DNA from: Pseudobdellovibrionaceae bacterium
Lineage (GTDB): Bacteria; Bdellovibrionota; Bdellovibrionia; Bdellovibrionales; Bdellovibrionaceae
DNA: 26,474 nt
NCBI GenBank assembly: GCA_044359815.1
Contig: JBIKLL010000032.1
Coordinates: 1 to 26,474 of the forward strand
Direction of reading: 5' to 3'
The position numbers were made by a program, and so were the translations under genes. Shown here piece after piece: positions 8,089 to 16,064 of this stretch; the first letter of the stretch is position 1; the number at the start of each line of letters is the position of its first letter. The notes below the pieces were generated by a model. It saw only the letters and a program-made list of their open reading frames with translations, did no database searches and was not told the origin of the DNA.

Positions 8089-9471
8089 ATGCAATCAAAC
8101 AACACCTTGGCAAAAGCGTTAGAGGTTAACAAGGATCCAAAATATTACGGAGCCTTTGCCGAAATTGGTGCTGGGCAAGAGGTCGCAAGGTTTTTCTTTC
8201 AAGCCGGGCAGGCTTCAAAGACCATCGCAAAAACCATGTCAGCCTATGACATGATTTACAGTGACGAAATTTACGGTAAAGAAAAATCCGGCAGATACGT
8301 CTGCGAATCCCGAGTGGTGAAAATGCTTGAAAAAGAATATTCACTACTGGAAAAACGATTATCAGCAAGTCGTGGTGATAAGACCTGTTTTTTTGCTTTT
8401 GCAGACACTGTGGCAACAGGGGATCAGATCAAGCAATACACCCATGGGTGGTTAGGAGTCAGGTTTCAAACTAAACCGCAGGGGCCTTTTAATGACATTG
8501 TTATGCATGTGCGGATGCTGGATAAATACAGGCTGTTGCAACAAGAGGTTTTGGGTGTGGTCGGAGTTAATCTAGTTCACACGGCGTGCTTTGCGCTGAA
8601 AAATGAGCGCGAAATCGTATCCAATTTAGTGGAAGATTTAAAGGAAGGTCAGGTCAGCATTGATTTGATCAGGTTTTCTGGTCCTGATGTGAAACATATT
8701 GATAATCATTTGGTAAATCTGGAGCTGGTTAAAAGAGGCCTTGCCGAGGCCGTGATGTTTGGACCAGATGGTGAAATAGTTTCTGCCAGCGAAACTCTGT
8801 TTAAAAAAGACGTCATCATTCAGAGGGGAAGTTTTAAGCCTGTTACAAAAACTCACATCGATGTGCTGGAAAAAGGTGTCGAAGAATTTAAAACAGATTT
8901 TTCAACCAAAGAAAATCCCATGGTTTTGTTTGAGCTGACTATGAATTCGCTGGAAGACGATGGAAAAATTGACGAAAAAGATTTTTTATCCAGGGTCACT
9001 GCGCTGACGGCGCTTAAGCGCCATGTGTTGGTTTCAAATTTCAGTTTGCTGTACAAGCTCAGGCGGTTTGTGCGGCAGTATTCCGAGGGCAACGTGGTCA
9101 TGATTGTTGGCGCTTACCAATTGGACAAATTATTTGATGATCAGTTTTACAAGGATTTAGAAGGTGGGTTGATGGAAGGGCTTTCAAAGCTTCTGGAAAA
9201 CAACACCAAGGTTTATGTATATCCCCACAAAACAAAAGACACCTGCCAGACGGCTTCGACCTTTAAGGACACAGGCAAATACAAAAGGATTTTTGAGTTT
9301 TTCTTTGAACAGGGTAAAATCAAAGACATTTCAGGATGCGATGATATTTCTGATTACGTACATTCACACCAGGTGATGAGGCTTATCAAAAAAGGCGACG
9401 ACACTTGGGAAAAATACGTTCCCCGCGAAGTCAAAGACGTCATCAAAAAAGAACACCTCTTCGGGGTGTAA
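8089..9471 (+). CDS. Conserved protein with C-terminal nucleotidyltransferase (NMNAT/NadD-like) fold
   Basis: N-terminal YGAFAEIGAGQEVAR..IAKTMSAYDM block. RGSFKPVTKTH resembles GxFxPxTxxH. C-terminus WEKYVPREVKDVIKKEHLF. Starts immediately after the DUF502 stop. Confidence 0.65.
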   Translation: MQSNNTLAKALEVNKDPKYYGAFAEIGAGQEVARFFFQAGQASKTIAKTMSAYDMIYSDEIYGKEKSGRYVCESRVVKMLEKEYSLLEKRLSASRGDKTCFFAFADTVATGDQIKQYTHGWLGVRFQTKPQGPFNDIVMHVRMLDKYRLLQQEVLGVVGVNLVHTACFALKNEREIVSNLVEDLKEGQVSIDLIRFSGPDVKHIDNHLVNLELVKRGLAEAVMFGPDGEIVSASETLFKKDVIIQRGSFKPVTKTHIDVLEKGVEEFKTDFSTKENPMVLFELTMNSLEDDGKIDEKDFLSRVTALTALKRHVLVSNFSLLYKLRRFVRQYSEGNVVMIVGAYQLDKLFDDQFYKDLEGGLMEGLSKLLENNTKVYVYPHKTKDTCQTASTFKDTGKYKRIFEFFFEQGKIKDISGCDDISDYVHSHQVMRLIKKGDDTWEKYVPREVKDVIKKEHLFGV

Positions 9472-9473
9472 CG

Positions 9474-9499
9474 GAAAAGAGACCGTACGACTTTTTCTG
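9474..9499 (-). repeat. REP-like repeat, left flank of RAYT
   Basis: GAAAAGAGACCGTACGACTTTTTCTG, the exact reverse complement of 10266-10291. Confidence 0.93.
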
Positions 9500-9500
9500 T

Positions 9501-10136
9501 CTACAGCTTGTCATTTTCGAGATGATGACGTCTTGAATTTATTTTTGGAAGCTTATATTTTTGTTTGGATAGCGCAACTTTCATTGCTTCTGAATCTGAC
9601 TGGCATGGCATTGTATTGAGCCATTTTAAATTTTTTGTTAGATCTGCATCAAAAAGAATTCTGTCTGGCTCCAGTGGAATGATGAGCTTAGAAAAACCCA
9701 GCAGCCCACTTAAGGTTGAGTAGGGATATTTTTCAACGTGTTGGCATACGCCCGCTCTTAGTGGATTTTGATAGATATATTTGTAAGTATTGTGAAAGTA
9801 ATTTCCTGAAACTATCTCACAACTTTTGTACCTATGGGCCCACAGCTGATTAAGTCTTCCGGAATCTTTCGTGACTTGCAAACTTGTATTGGCCAGAAAA
9901 TCCCTCATAGCTAGACTGAGGTTTCCATTTGGAGCAGATGCAAGCAGGTGGAAATGATTTTGCATGAGCACAAAAGAGTGAATTTTAATTTCATGGGTTT
10001 TGTGTATTAAAAACAAATAGTCCTCCATGATATTCCAGACTTCCTCAAGAGGCATGGAAAACCAGTCTCTGTTAATACACCGATTGGTGATATGAATTGG
10101 GTATTGAAATGTAAAAGTTCTTTTCTTTTTTGCCAT
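9501..10136 (-). CDS. REP-associated tyrosine transposase (RAYT / Y1 HUH family)
   Basis: HITNRC, HUH motif FVLMQNHFHLL, YIYQNPLRAG and YPYST. Flanked by inverted 26-bp repeats. Confidence 0.9.
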   Translation of the reverse strand: MAKKKRTFTFQYPIHITNRCINRDWFSMPLEEVWNIMEDYLFLIHKTHEIKIHSFVLMQNHFHLLASAPNGNLSLAMRDFLANTSLQVTKDSGRLNQLWAHRYKSCEIVSGNYFHNTYKYIYQNPLRAGVCQHVEKYPYSTLSGLLGFSKLIIPLEPDRILFDADLTKNLKWLNTMPCQSDSEAMKVALSKQKYKLPKINSRRHHLENDKL

Positions 10137-10260
10137 ACTGTGGGTCTTACAAAACCAATGCTAGTTCAATCTGCATTATAGTGAAATCCGAGTCCGCATT
10201 TTCAAAGTACTCCGGATTTTGTTTCGGAAAATTGTTTTTAAAAAGATTTATTGACGCACT

Positions 10261-10303
10261 ATGGGCAGAAAAAGTCGTACGGTCTCTTTTCACGGTCTCT
10301 TTT
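10261..10303 (+). repeat. REP-like repeat, right flank of RAYT, with partial tandem duplication
   Basis: ATGGGCAGAAAAAGTCGTACGGTCTCTTTTC followed by a second ACGGTCTCTTTT. Confidence 0.93.
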
Positions 10304-10632
10304 TAGACATCAAAGGGTAAAATAAAGGCTTGTTGGATTTTTGGATTTTTGTCCGCGCGTAGGATTAAGAGCTTGGTTTCCGAATTGAAGATTGCCTTTT
10401 CAGAACTAAACGAATCAGTTGAATTTTCAGACTGAATTTGCACCGTGACATTTTTTAACAAACTCAGTTTTCCATCGTAGGAAATCTCGGATTTTTCGGC
10501 TTGAATCAGGTAACAAACTTTATCAACACAAGTACTCAGCTTGTACCCCGTTATTAACGCAGCCCCGGAATTAGCCTGGGGCGCGTAAGTAAAAACACCT
10601 ATAATGAGTGCATACAAAAGACTATTTCGCAC
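10303..10632 (-). CDS. Small exported hypothetical protein (beta-rich)
   Basis: Signal-like RNSLLYALIIGVFTYAPQANS. GTG 10632 overlaps the upstream gene's end, suggesting translational coupling; the ORF extends to 10716. Confidence 0.55.
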   Translation of the reverse strand: MRNSLLYALIIGVFTYAPQANSGAALITGYKLSTCVDKVCYLIQAEKSEISYDGKLSLLKNVTVQIQSENSTDSFSSEKAIFNSETKLLILRADKNPKIQQAFILPFDV

Positions 10633-11968
10633 AACTAGGTCCGTAGGCAGCGATGTCTGGATTAATGTCGGTCGCAAAAATTGATCCGATTGTGCCATCA
10701 TACATTTCAGTAACACTACCGCAATTGTCGTATGATATCGGCATAAAGTTTTTAACTGTCGATTGCAGTTTAAACATATTCAAGTAATTGACTGAGTAGG
10801 CGCGATTCACGTCATTTACTTTTGTGCTAAAATTCACGTACTGATTGCTCGTAAACATTTTGAGTCCTTCAAAGGCCTTACCGGCGATTTCGTAATATTC
10901 TCGGCATTGCAAATCAGTTAGACCTTTTTCAATACAATTTGGGCGGCCTCTTTCGTATTCCAAAGTTCTCTTTTGAATGTAATCCGAATGAATTTTTTTG
11001 ATCAAAGGAATCATATCGGCACCTCGATTGCCAGCCCGAGCGTTTCCAAATACAGGATCTGCAACCAGTGCAGCCATGGTTTTTTGATTCAAGTCAGAAC
11101 CCTGTTGCATGGCAATTGACTGGTGATTGGGATTAATCAAAAATTCAATGGCCAGATTCAGATTGTAAGTCGAATAGAAAATCATCATGAGTTCATATCC
11201 TTCAAGTCCCATGATCAGAGCCAGTTTTTCAGCAGCTGCAAAGTTTTGGTAACCTTGGCTGGAAACTGCAATCAAGTTTTTAAATTCGTCACAACCTGCC
11301 AATGTCGCAGACCCTGTTGCCTTTTCAATTCGGCATTCTTGGTACAGCTTCTTGAGTTGGGCGCTGGTTAAGTTCAATTGTTTGCTAAGGCTGATTGAAG
11401 AAAGAACTTTTACCTGGAAATTAAAATCTGTGTTTTCTAAAAACAGTCTTAGGTTTTTGGAAAACTGAGCAAGCCTTAAGAAAATATCTTGAACTTCGTC
11501 AAAACTTTGAATGGTTTTGAGTGTAGGTCTCCAGAGTCTTTTAACAAAAGGACTTGAATCTGCAGTAGCGGGAACCATCTTGTGAGATATGTTGTTTCGG
11601 TTTGCATAATCATACAGTTGATATGCAATCCCATCAAGGTGGTCGATCGACTGAGAAATTCTTGCGACCAATAAAGCTTTTTGGTTTGTTGGGTCAACAC
11701 TCAGGGCTTCAGAAGCTAGTTTGCAAGACACTTCTAAATCTGTGGGTGCCGCTGCAAATGCCAAATCTGCCATTTGATCAGCTGTTGCTGATTCTTGAGC
11801 TGATGGAGTTTGGGAAACCTGTGACTTTGTTCCACAGTTTCCAGTATCACTCAGGCTATTGACATCGACGGGATCGCTGGAAACATTCGGTTGGCATCCC
11901 ATTAATGAAAATGCAGTCAATAGCAGCAATCCGTACAGCCATTTTTTATTGTTAACTAATTGATTCAT
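10622..11968 (-). CDS. Hypothetical lipoprotein
   Basis: 448-aa ORF with lipobox SLMG-C and AGGGG RBS. No recognised catalytic motif. Confidence 0.8.
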   Translation of the reverse strand: MNQLVNNKKWLYGLLLLTAFSLMGCQPNVSSDPVDVNSLSDTGNCGTKSQVSQTPSAQESATADQMADLAFAAAPTDLEVSCKLASEALSVDPTNQKALLVARISQSIDHLDGIAYQLYDYANRNNISHKMVPATADSSPFVKRLWRPTLKTIQSFDEVQDIFLRLAQFSKNLRLFLENTDFNFQVKVLSSISLSKQLNLTSAQLKKLYQECRIEKATGSATLAGCDEFKNLIAVSSQGYQNFAAAEKLALIMGLEGYELMMIFYSTYNLNLAIEFLINPNHQSIAMQQGSDLNQKTMAALVADPVFGNARAGNRGADMIPLIKKIHSDYIQKRTLEYERGRPNCIEKGLTDLQCREYYEIAGKAFEGLKMFTSNQYVNFSTKVNDVNRAYSVNYLNMFKLQSTVKNFMPISYDNCGSVTEMYDGTIGSIFATDINPDIAAYGPSCAK

Positions 11969-11995
11969 GATTCACCCCTGTATGATCACAAGTAA

Positions 11996-12011
11996 AGCAA
12001 GTCATGTGCCC
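11996..12011 (-). promoter_or_regulatory. sigma54 (RpoN) -24/-12 promoter
   Basis: Minus strand reads GGGCACATGACTTGCT (GG-N10-GC with GGCAC and TTGC), about 28 nt upstream of ATG 11968. Confidence 0.65.
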
Positions 12012-12223
12012 AGGTTTTTTTGAAACACCAAAAGTTTGACATCGGGATCTGATCGAATTCAGTGGGTTTTTTTGTTGTCTATTTGAAACACTTAACGCTG
12101 GCCAAAAAGACACGTAGAAGTAATGAGCGAAAAAGCTTCCGCAAAAATCGAAATCGCAAAAGCAATCGATAGTTTAGAAGCCAAGCAGTGCTATAGATTG
12201 AGATAGACACTGCTGTTTATATC

Positions 12224-12973
12224 TTATTGAGCTAGAACATGATCACGAATTTTTAATTGGATTTTTTCAATCCAGATTTTCGCCGCCGCCATTTGTGATT
12301 GGGGATAGGTCAGTTTAAGTTCCACCAATGGAATGTGAACTCGGAAACTGATCACAAAGGGACAGTTTTTAATTTCTTCTGCCAATTTATGACTGATTTC
12401 GCCTTCGCCTATACCCTGCAGATCCCAAGAATGAATTTGTAATGCATCAAAATCTTTGGAAGCCTCGATCAACACTGAAATAATGTGCTGTTGCCAAATG
12501 GCATCGATTTCTTTCGGGGGACCTGGCAACACAAACAGATTCAAATCATTGTGTTTTACATAAAACCCATCGGCGGTGCCCTTGGAATTTGTCAAAATCT
12601 GACTTCCCTTTGGGAAATAACACTGGGATTTTTGAACTTCCCGCACTGGGACTCCGCGAGAGGTTAATTTATCCTGCACCCTTTGCCAAGCCGCCGGATT
12701 AAACTCGAGCTCAGTTTTAAAATATTCGGCAATCACATCACGTGTAAAATCATCCACTGTGGGGCCTAAGCCGCCAGTTACAAATATCCATTGTGATTTG
12801 TCGATTAAAAACTGCAAAGATTCAGTCATTAATTTTTTATCATCAGGGACAGTTAAATGGGCTTGCATTTGAAAGCCCATTTTAAAAAGAGCTTGCGACA
12901 AAGTTTGTGCATTTGAATTCAAAATCTGACCCAGAGTCAGCTCAGTCCCGATGGCTAAAATTGATGCTTTCAT
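12224..12973 (-). CDS. cinA: CinA-like protein (molybdopterin-binding N-terminal domain; no PncC domain)
   Basis: IGTELTLGQILNSN, TGGLGPTVDDFT, GTADG and LPGPPKE motifs; only 249 aa. Confidence 0.85.
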   Translation of the reverse strand: MKASILAIGTELTLGQILNSNAQTLSQALFKMGFQMQAHLTVPDDKKLMTESLQFLIDKSQWIFVTGGLGPTVDDFTRDVIAEYFKTELEFNPAAWQRVQDKLTSRGVPVREVQKSQCYFPKGSQILTNSKGTADGFYVKHNDLNLFVLPGPPKEIDAIWQQHIISVLIEASKDFDALQIHSWDLQGIGEGEISHKLAEEIKNCPFVISFRVHIPLVELKLTYPQSQMAAAKIWIEKIQLKIRDHVLAQ

Positions 12974-13094
12974 TCAATTAAAGTAATTGATTATTGAGCC
13001 ACAGTCTAATTTTTTCAGATCAGACAGAACCTTTTAACCCTACAATCCAAAGGATCGAAATACTACTACGCCGCTACTGCTCTGAAAATTGCAA

Positions 13095-13766
13095 TTAATT
13101 ATCCAAACAGCCATCGCGACCAACTTGAACTTGTTCTCTGACTGTACCAGAAGAAACTAATTTGCCTATGTTTCTTTGATTTGAAGGATCTAACAAATCA
13201 CTTTGAATCGTCGTGATAGTGATGTCATCGTAGTAAGTCACAGTGACATATCCGTAAACGTTTCTGTAAATAGGATGGCAGACACGTCTTTCGACCTCGC
13301 AGGTTTTGCCCGCAGCTGGCGGATTGCACGGAACCTGCTCATAAGTGGTCTTGCATTCATCCCCTGCCCATTCACGGTCTACGATGCAGTGTTTATCCTT
13401 CTGATAGGTTTCAGATTGTTCATAGTCTTTAGAGATTTGCCCATTGAGCCCAAAATTTTGTTTTAGTTGATCGGCAGGGACAAAGAACCGACCGCTTTTA
13501 TCTGGCCTTACCTTAACCTTCATTTTTAAAACTGCTATTTGATTGTTACTGCCGTAATCGTTTTCGGGAAACACTCTTAGGACTATGCGATCATCTTCCA
13601 CATCAAGGTTGGTTTTATAAATCCCAGCTGGAACGGGGACAGGTTTTTTATCCATTATAAGGTTTAATGCCTCACCCAGATGGAGCTTACCACTAAGCCC
13701 AGTTAAATGTTTGTCATCACAACCCAGAAGTAAAATTACAAAAGACGCCATTAACAGTTTTTTCAT
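13095..13766 (-). CDS. Hypothetical Cys-rich lipoprotein
   Basis: MKKLLMASFVILLLG-C lipobox. GGGGGA RBS precedes ATG 13766; the ORF extends to 13811. Confidence 0.8.
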   Translation of the reverse strand: MKKLLMASFVILLLGCDDKHLTGLSGKLHLGEALNLIMDKKPVPVPAGIYKTNLDVEDDRIVLRVFPENDYGSNNQIAVLKMKVKVRPDKSGRFFVPADQLKQNFGLNGQISKDYEQSETYQKDKHCIVDREWAGDECKTTYEQVPCNPPAAGKTCEVERRVCHPIYRNVYGYVTVTYYDDITITTIQSDLLDPSNQRNIGKLVSSGTVREQVQVGRDGCLDN

Positions 13767-13813
13767 TGATTCCCCCATTAGTAGAGCCAAAATGGGCCCT
13801 GCTAGAGTCATTT

Positions 13814-13829
13814 AGCAATAACAATACCA
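13814..13829 (-). promoter_or_regulatory. Possible sigma54 -24/-12 promoter
   Basis: Minus strand reads TGGTATTGTTATTGCT (TGG-N10-GC, TTGC), about 48 nt upstream of ATG 13766. Confidence 0.5.
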
Positions 13830-13929
13830 TCTGAAGTGGTGGCAAATTTCGACCGAAGCCGCTCATTGAGTTTTAAATTGAAGGCTTAAATTTATATATT
13901 CTAACTGAAGTTTTGGTAAAACAAGCATT

Positions 13930-13949
13930 CACTTTCCCCGGGGAAAGTG
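13930..13949. repeat. Perfect 20-bp palindrome related to the HNH-associated repeat
   Basis: CACTTTCCCCGGGGAAAGTG; shares CCCGGGGAAAGTG with the 31-bp repeat. Confidence 0.85.
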
Positions 13950-14134
13950 GGGAGCTAGGATTATCATGCTTCAAACAATATTGAAATTGATGGGATCTAT
14001 AACTTTTGATTAGAGCGCGACTCTTTCGATTGCTGTGTATGTCTACTTAAAATGAAATGCTGTAATTTTTCGCCATTGTGATTTAACTCAATGATGGGTA
14101 AATTCCTAGCAACTTAATTTAATAGGAGAACTCT

Positions 14135-14590
14135 ATGTTCAAATCTATTTTTGCAGCGCTTTTTGTTTTTGTTGGAGCTTCAGCTTTTGCCAAAGAAAAC
14201 ATAACTGGCAAAGAAGTTGTTAAATCAGTGACCCGAATTTTAGGTGGAACCGAAGTTTTGGGACAACAAAACGATTTCCACCATACAACTTGCAAAGTTC
14301 GCCTAGAAGAAGAGTATGGCCAGGCAAAAATCGAATTGCTGGGTCCAAATGGCGATCGAGGATTTGTTATGCCAGCTTCTTTGCAATCCATGACGATTTC
14401 TCTGGATAAAAAATATGTCTACGACAATTCTGGCGCAGTAAAAACTTTTACCGGTAAAAACTTTGATTCAGATGACGGCAGAACCCGAACATTAATGATC
14501 ACTAAAACCAGTTCTGAAATTGCGGTGCAAATTATTATCGTTGGCTACGAAGAATTTCAAGCTGACATGGCCTGCGTGATTTCAAGATAA
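14135..14590 (+). CDS. Secreted hypothetical protein
   Basis: AGGAGA RBS and Sec signal MFKSIFAALFVFVGASAFA. Confidence 0.8.
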   Translation: MFKSIFAALFVFVGASAFAKENITGKEVVKSVTRILGGTEVLGQQNDFHHTTCKVRLEEEYGQAKIELLGPNGDRGFVMPASLQSMTISLDKKYVYDNSGAVKTFTGKNFDSDDGRTRTLMITKTSSEIAVQIIIVGYEEFQADMACVISR

Positions 14591-14635
14591 TCATCCGCGC
14601 AGCTTACGATACCAGTAATAAAGTTATAACGCTGC

Positions 14636-14665
14636 ATGGGCAGAAAAAGTCGTACGGTCTCTTTT
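14636..14665 (+). repeat. Dispersed REP-like repeat (RAYT-associated family)
   Basis: ATGGGCAGAAAAAGTCGTACGGTCTCTTTT, 30/30 identical to 10261-10290. Lies between convergent genes and overlaps the mgtE stop. Confidence 0.93.
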
Positions 14666-16064
14666 ATAGTAATTTCCCGCGCAGCACGACAGCTGCAATT
14701 GAAAAATAAATCACCAATCCTGTGACATCGACTAATGTTGCTACAAAGGGTGCGCTGGCCGCAGCAGGATCCAGTCGGCATTTTTTCAGAACAAAGGGCA
14801 GCATGGCGCCGGCAATGGCTCCCCACAACACCACAAACACAACGGCCAATCCCACGGTCAATGTCAGCGGTCCAATGTGAGTGGAAGCATTACCCATCTG
14901 TGGTGGAATCACCCAAATCCTGATCATGCCTATTAATCCTAAAATCAATCCCAGAGCCAAGCCCGCAATTATTTCTCGGCCCAAAACCCGCCACCAGTCC
15001 ATCATGCGGACTTCACCCAGTGCCATTGCGCGAATTATCAGGGTTGATGTTTGCGATCCGGCGTTTCCACCGCTAGAAATAATCAGAGGGATAAACAGCG
15101 CCAACACAAAAGCTTTTTCGATTTCGCTACCAAAATATCCCATAGCGTTTGCAGTCAGCATTTGCCCCACAAACAACACTAAAAGCCAAATTGCTCTTTT
15201 GCGGATCAAATGAAGCATTCCGATTTTTAAATAAGGTGCATCCAAAACCTCAACACCCCCGATTTTTTGAATGTCTTCGGTGGCTTCTTCTTGAATAACA
15301 TTGGCGATATCGTCGTAGGTAACGATCCCTTTCATGTGACCCCATTCATCAATTACTGGAATGGCTAAAAAATCATTTTTTTGAAAAATCCTGGCGACTT
15401 GTTCTTGATTAAGCTGAATCGGAATTTTGACGATATCGGTTTTCATCACCTCTTTGATGGTTTTCTGATGAGGAGTTGAAAATAGTTCCCTGAATGAAAC
15501 CACGCCCAACAGTGTCTGATCCGCATCCAGCACATAGGCGTAATAAATAATTTCAACCTGAGCCTTTGCTTGGATTCGCAAATAGCTAATGGCTTCATCA
15601 ACGGTCATGTCCTGCCTGAGTCTGGCGAATCTGGAATTCATCAATCCACCGGCGCGGTCTTCTGCATAAGCCAACAGTGCTGTGACTTCGCGGCGAGATT
15701 GGTTATCCAATAAACTTAAAATTGATTCTTTAGAATCCGGTCCTAGCTCTTGAATCAAATCGGCTACGTCATCAGGGCTCAGCAATCTGACCCAAGATCG
15801 TTTTTCCAGCGCAGAGGCTTCGGCAATCAGTTCTGCCTGATCATGCACATTCAAGCTATAAAACAATTCCTCGGCATCGGTTCTGCGTAGGGCAGCAAAT
15901 TTTTCGATACGTTCTTGGTGAGTGAGAGCGCTCCAATTGGACGACAAATTAAAAATTTCTGATTGATCCTCGGTTTTAACCATAGAATCATCCAGCGCAG
16001 GCGCGCCTTCATTTTGTGAAGCTGGCTTTTTTATTGAATCAGATTTTTCGTCCTGTTCGGCCAT
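14664..16064 (-). CDS. mgtE: Magnesium transporter MgtE
   Basis: AGGLM, CBS pair, GIVTYDD, SGGNAGSQ and DPAAASAPFVATLVDVTG. ATG 16064 preferred; the ORF extends to 16073. Confidence 0.95.
   Translation of the reverse strand: MAEQDEKSDSIKKPASQNEGAPALDDSMVKTEDQSEIFNLSSNWSALTHQERIEKFAALRRTDAEELFYSLNVHDQAELIAEASALEKRSWVRLLSPDDVADLIQELGPDSKESILSLLDNQSRREVTALLAYAEDRAGGLMNSRFARLRQDMTVDEAISYLRIQAKAQVEIIYYAYVLDADQTLLGVVSFRELFSTPHQKTIKEVMKTDIVKIPIQLNQEQVARIFQKNDFLAIPVIDEWGHMKGIVTYDDIANVIQEEATEDIQKIGGVEVLDAPYLKIGMLHLIRKRAIWLLVLFVGQMLTANAMGYFGSEIEKAFVLALFIPLIISSGGNAGSQTSTLIIRAMALGEVRMMDWWRVLGREIIAGLALGLILGLIGMIRIWVIPPQMGNASTHIGPLTLTVGLAVVFVVLWGAIAGAMLPFVLKKCRLDPAAASAPFVATLVDVTGLVIYFSIAAVVLRGKLL

Noticed and set aside
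10184..10219. Small inverted repeat AAATCCGAGT...ACTCCGGATTT upstream of the RAYT
   Set aside because: Short, imperfect and single copy; no function can be supported.
9474..10291. Classical IS with terminal inverted repeats
   Set aside because: The enzyme is Y1/HUH rather than DDE, no TSD is seen, and a solo copy exists, which fits REP/RAYT better.
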